Assembly: GCA_002167365.1 (NCBI GenBank)
Contig: NHCU01000024.1
Location: 1 to 41,294, forward strand
Length of the DNA stretch: 41,294 nt
DNA from: Betaproteobacteria bacterium TMED41
Lineage (GTDB): Bacteria; Pseudomonadota; Gammaproteobacteria; Burkholderiales; Burkholderiaceae_A
Direction: 5' to 3'
The notes under the pieces were generated by a model. It did no database searches. It was not told the origin of the DNA and saw nothing but the letters and a program-made list of their open reading frames with translations. Position numbers and translations under genes: made by a program. Below are positions 39,651 through 41,294 of the stretch, one piece after another (position 1 is the stretch's first letter; each line of letters begins with the position of its first letter).

Positions 39651-40907
39651 ATGAAACTAATAATTCAAAAATATGGGGGTACATCCGTTGGATCTTCTTC
39701 AAGAATTTTAAAAGTTGCTCATAGAGTGAAGAAGTGGTACCAGTGCAATTATGACCTGGTTATAGTCACATCGGCAATGTCTGGTGAGACCAATAAACTT
39801 CTAAGTTTGTTGAATGAGGTTTCAACTAATAACAAAAAATGGCCGCGAGAGTTAGATCAAGTACTTTCCTCAGGAGAACAGATTGCTGCAGGCTTGCTTG
39901 CTACCTGTTTAAATGAGATTGGTGTTCCTTCAGTAAGCTATGCCGGCTGGCAAGTACCAATAAAAACTAATTCAGCTCATGGTAAAGCTCGAATAGATTC
40001 AATTGATACAAAAAAAATTATTTCTGAACTAAATAAAAAAAAGGTCGTCATTGTGACAGGTTTTCAAGGAGTTGATCAGTTAGGATCAATCACCACTCTT
40101 GGCCGAGGTGGTTCAGACACTTCTGCAGTCGCATTAGCGGCTGCATTGAAAGCTCGGGAATGCTTGATTTACACTGATGTTGATGGCGTTTACACCACGG
40201 ATCCAAGAATTGTCCAAGAGGCAAGAAGATTAAGTAAAATAACTTTTGAAGAAATGCTTGAGATGTCAAGTCTGGGCTCTAAAATATTGCAAATAAGGGC
40301 TGTTGAATTTGCAGGTAAATACAAAGTAAAAACCAGAGTTCTTTCTAGTTTAACGGAATTCAATATTCCTATTAAAGAAGAATCAACTTCAGGTACTTTG
40401 ATTACTCACGAGGAAGATAAAAAAATGGAAAATGCAGTTATTTCTGGTATTGCTTTTAACAGAGACGAAGCGAAAATTACCATAACTGGGGTACCTGACA
40501 CACCTGGTGTAGCATTCAAAATTTTAGGGCCCATTGCTAAAGCAAATATTGATGTTGACATGATTATTCAAAACTCTAGCAATGATGGAACCACAGACTT
40601 TTCTTTTACAGTAAATAGAACTGAACTCAACGAAGCAATTGCAGTGCTAAATAATAGCGTAAGACCCGAAATCAATGCTTCAGAGATCTCTAGTGACAAT
40701 CAGATTTGCAAGGTTTCTGTTGTAGGTATCGGCATGCGATCTCACGTTGGAGTTGCAAGTCAAATGTTTGAGGTTCTTTCAAATGAAGGAATAAATATCA
40801 AAATGATATCCACAAGCGAGATTAAAATTTCCGTTGTAATAAATGACAAATATATGGAGTTGGCCGTAAGGGCTTTACATAAAGCTTTTGAATTAGACCA
40901 AAAATAA
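39651..40907 (+). CDS. lysC: Aspartate kinase (two C-terminal ACT domains)
   Basis: IQKYGGTSVGS, GGSDTSAVALAAAL, YTDVDGVYTTDPR, and ACT regions VISGIAFNRDEAKITI / KVSVVGIGMRSHVG. Confidence 0.95.
   Translation: MKLIIQKYGGTSVGSSSRILKVAHRVKKWYQCNYDLVIVTSAMSGETNKLLSLLNEVSTNNKKWPRELDQVLSSGEQIAAGLLATCLNEIGVPSVSYAGWQVPIKTNSAHGKARIDSIDTKKIISELNKKKVVIVTGFQGVDQLGSITTLGRGGSDTSAVALAAALKARECLIYTDVDGVYTTDPRIVQEARRLSKITFEEMLEMSSLGSKILQIRAVEFAGKYKVKTRVLSSLTEFNIPIKEESTSGTLITHEEDKKMENAVISGIAFNRDEAKITITGVPDTPGVAFKILGPIAKANIDVDMIIQNSSNDGTTDFSFTVNRTELNEAIAVLNNSVRPEINASEISSDNQICKVSVVGIGMRSHVGVASQMFEVLSNEGINIKMISTSEIKISVVINDKYMELAVRALHKAFELDQK
40410..40427 (+). promoter_or_regulatory. Candidate internal ribosome-binding site GAGGAAG plus in-frame ATG (40425) at the start of the lysC ACT-domain region
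   Basis: Sequence reads cacGAGGAAGataaaaaaATGgaaaatgca. The ATG is codon 259 of lysC, followed by MENAVISGIAFNRDEAK. Confidence 0.35.
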
Positions 40908-40943
40908 CATTTATTTATTTAAATCAAAACTCAATTAAGCACT

Positions 40944-40949
40944 TATAAT
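40944..40949 (+). promoter_or_regulatory. Possible -10 box TATAAT for tRNA-Ser
   Basis: Exact TATAAT lies 10 nt upstream of the mature tRNA 5' end. There is no good -35, and such hexamers are common in A+T-rich DNA. Confidence 0.25.
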
Positions 40950-40959
40950 ATTTAATTGT

Positions 40960-41050
40960 GGAGACGTGACTGAGAGGCCGAAAGTGCTCCCCTGCTAAGG
41001 GAGTGTGTGTCAAAAGCGCACCGTGGGTTCGAATCCCACCGTCTCCGCCA
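40960..41050 (+). tRNA. tRNA-Ser (anticodon GCU), CCA encoded
   Basis: Acceptor GGAGACG/CGTCTCC, anticodon stem-loop CTCCC-CTGCTAA-GGGAG, long variable arm TGTGTGTCAAAAGCGCACC, and T-arm GTGGGTTCGAATCCCAC. Confidence 0.93.
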
Positions 41051-41102
41051 ACAAAAATAGTTGGAATTTTATGTTAGTTCTAATTAGAAAAACAGACTCC
41101 CC

Positions 41103-41134
41103 CACATCAATTTTTACACTAAAAGTTGATTGTG
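41103..41134. repeat. Imperfect A+T-rich hairpin CACATCAATTTTTA-CAC-TAAAAGTTGATTGTG downstream of tRNA-Ser
   Basis: Read directly: about 13 pairs with one bulge and one G-U. No U-tract follows. Confidence 0.3.
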
Positions 41135-41294
41135 TGAAGAATAAAATAAAGACGCTCGTGAAATAGAAAAAATTTTTGTAATTTAAAAATGGTTACCATT
41201 ACCTTGTGCTTAAGCATAGAAGTAAAGAAATTTTGTAAAGTATTTCCTAATAATACTGGGGAATTGCAGGATACCAAAAACTTTACAATAGTTT

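Noticed and set aside
41233-41288. 9-bp inverted repeat TTGTAAAGT / ACTTTACAA with a 38-nt spacer, as a mobile-element terminal repeat
   Set aside because: It is short and A+T-rich, encloses no gene, and is truncated by the window end. It is noted under the tRNA-Ser flank finding but is not callable as a mobile element.
1-41294. Search for a novel defence, mobile or accessory system (CRISPR repeats, integrase or transposase, toxin-antitoxin pairs, restriction-modification, phage genes, long hypothetical operons)
   Set aside because: Every ORF of meaningful length has a clear housekeeping identity in a conserved betaproteobacterial gene order. There are no regularly spaced direct repeats, no terminal inverted repeats flanking a gene, and no unexplained multi-gene block. 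Claiming a new system here would be invention.

Overview
This window is a densely packed, strongly A+T-rich stretch of core housekeeping genes. I found no accessory island. I can support 36 protein-coding genes, one tmRNA (ssrA, minus strand, tag ANDERFALAA) and one tRNA-Ser(GCU). The gene order is gph-ubiG-ompA-like <> gyrA-serC-pheA-hisC-tyrA-aroA/cmk-rpsA-ihfB-lapA-lapB-ubiA, then proC-murJ, rpsT, yggS-THUMP methyltransferase-hemJ-proA-holA-lptE-leuS, uvrD, mutS-suhB <> trmJ-cysE, lpxH-ppiB-TPR <> cysS-accA-tilS-lysC-tRNA-Ser. This is the classical betaproteobacterial (Burkholderiales/Nitrosomonadales-type) arrangement. Together with the low G+C, tiny intergenic gaps and many overlapping genes, it suggests a genome-streamlined betaproteobacterium, possibly a methylotroph of the OM43/Methylophilaceae type. 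That placement is inference, not a database result. I see no CRISPR array, transposase, integrase, toxin-antitoxin pair, restriction or defence genes, or prophage genes, so the idea that this window holds a novel system is not supported by what I can read. The observations most worth a second look are: (1) an in-frame, linker-less aroA-cmk fusion; (2) a THUMP RNA methyltransferase whose conserved N-terminal strand lies upstream of the only canonical start, behind a GGAGG + ATT; (3) the two unusually long non-coding window edges next to the tmRNA and tRNA-Ser 3' ends (classic integration hot spots), which share a G5/C5 motif and carry inverted repeats; (4) a possible internal beta-subunit start in lysC; (5) two convergent 3'-end gene overlaps and several start/stop overlaps. 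The ORF track uses ATG/GTG/TTG and reports the longest ORF, so I trimmed several N-termini.
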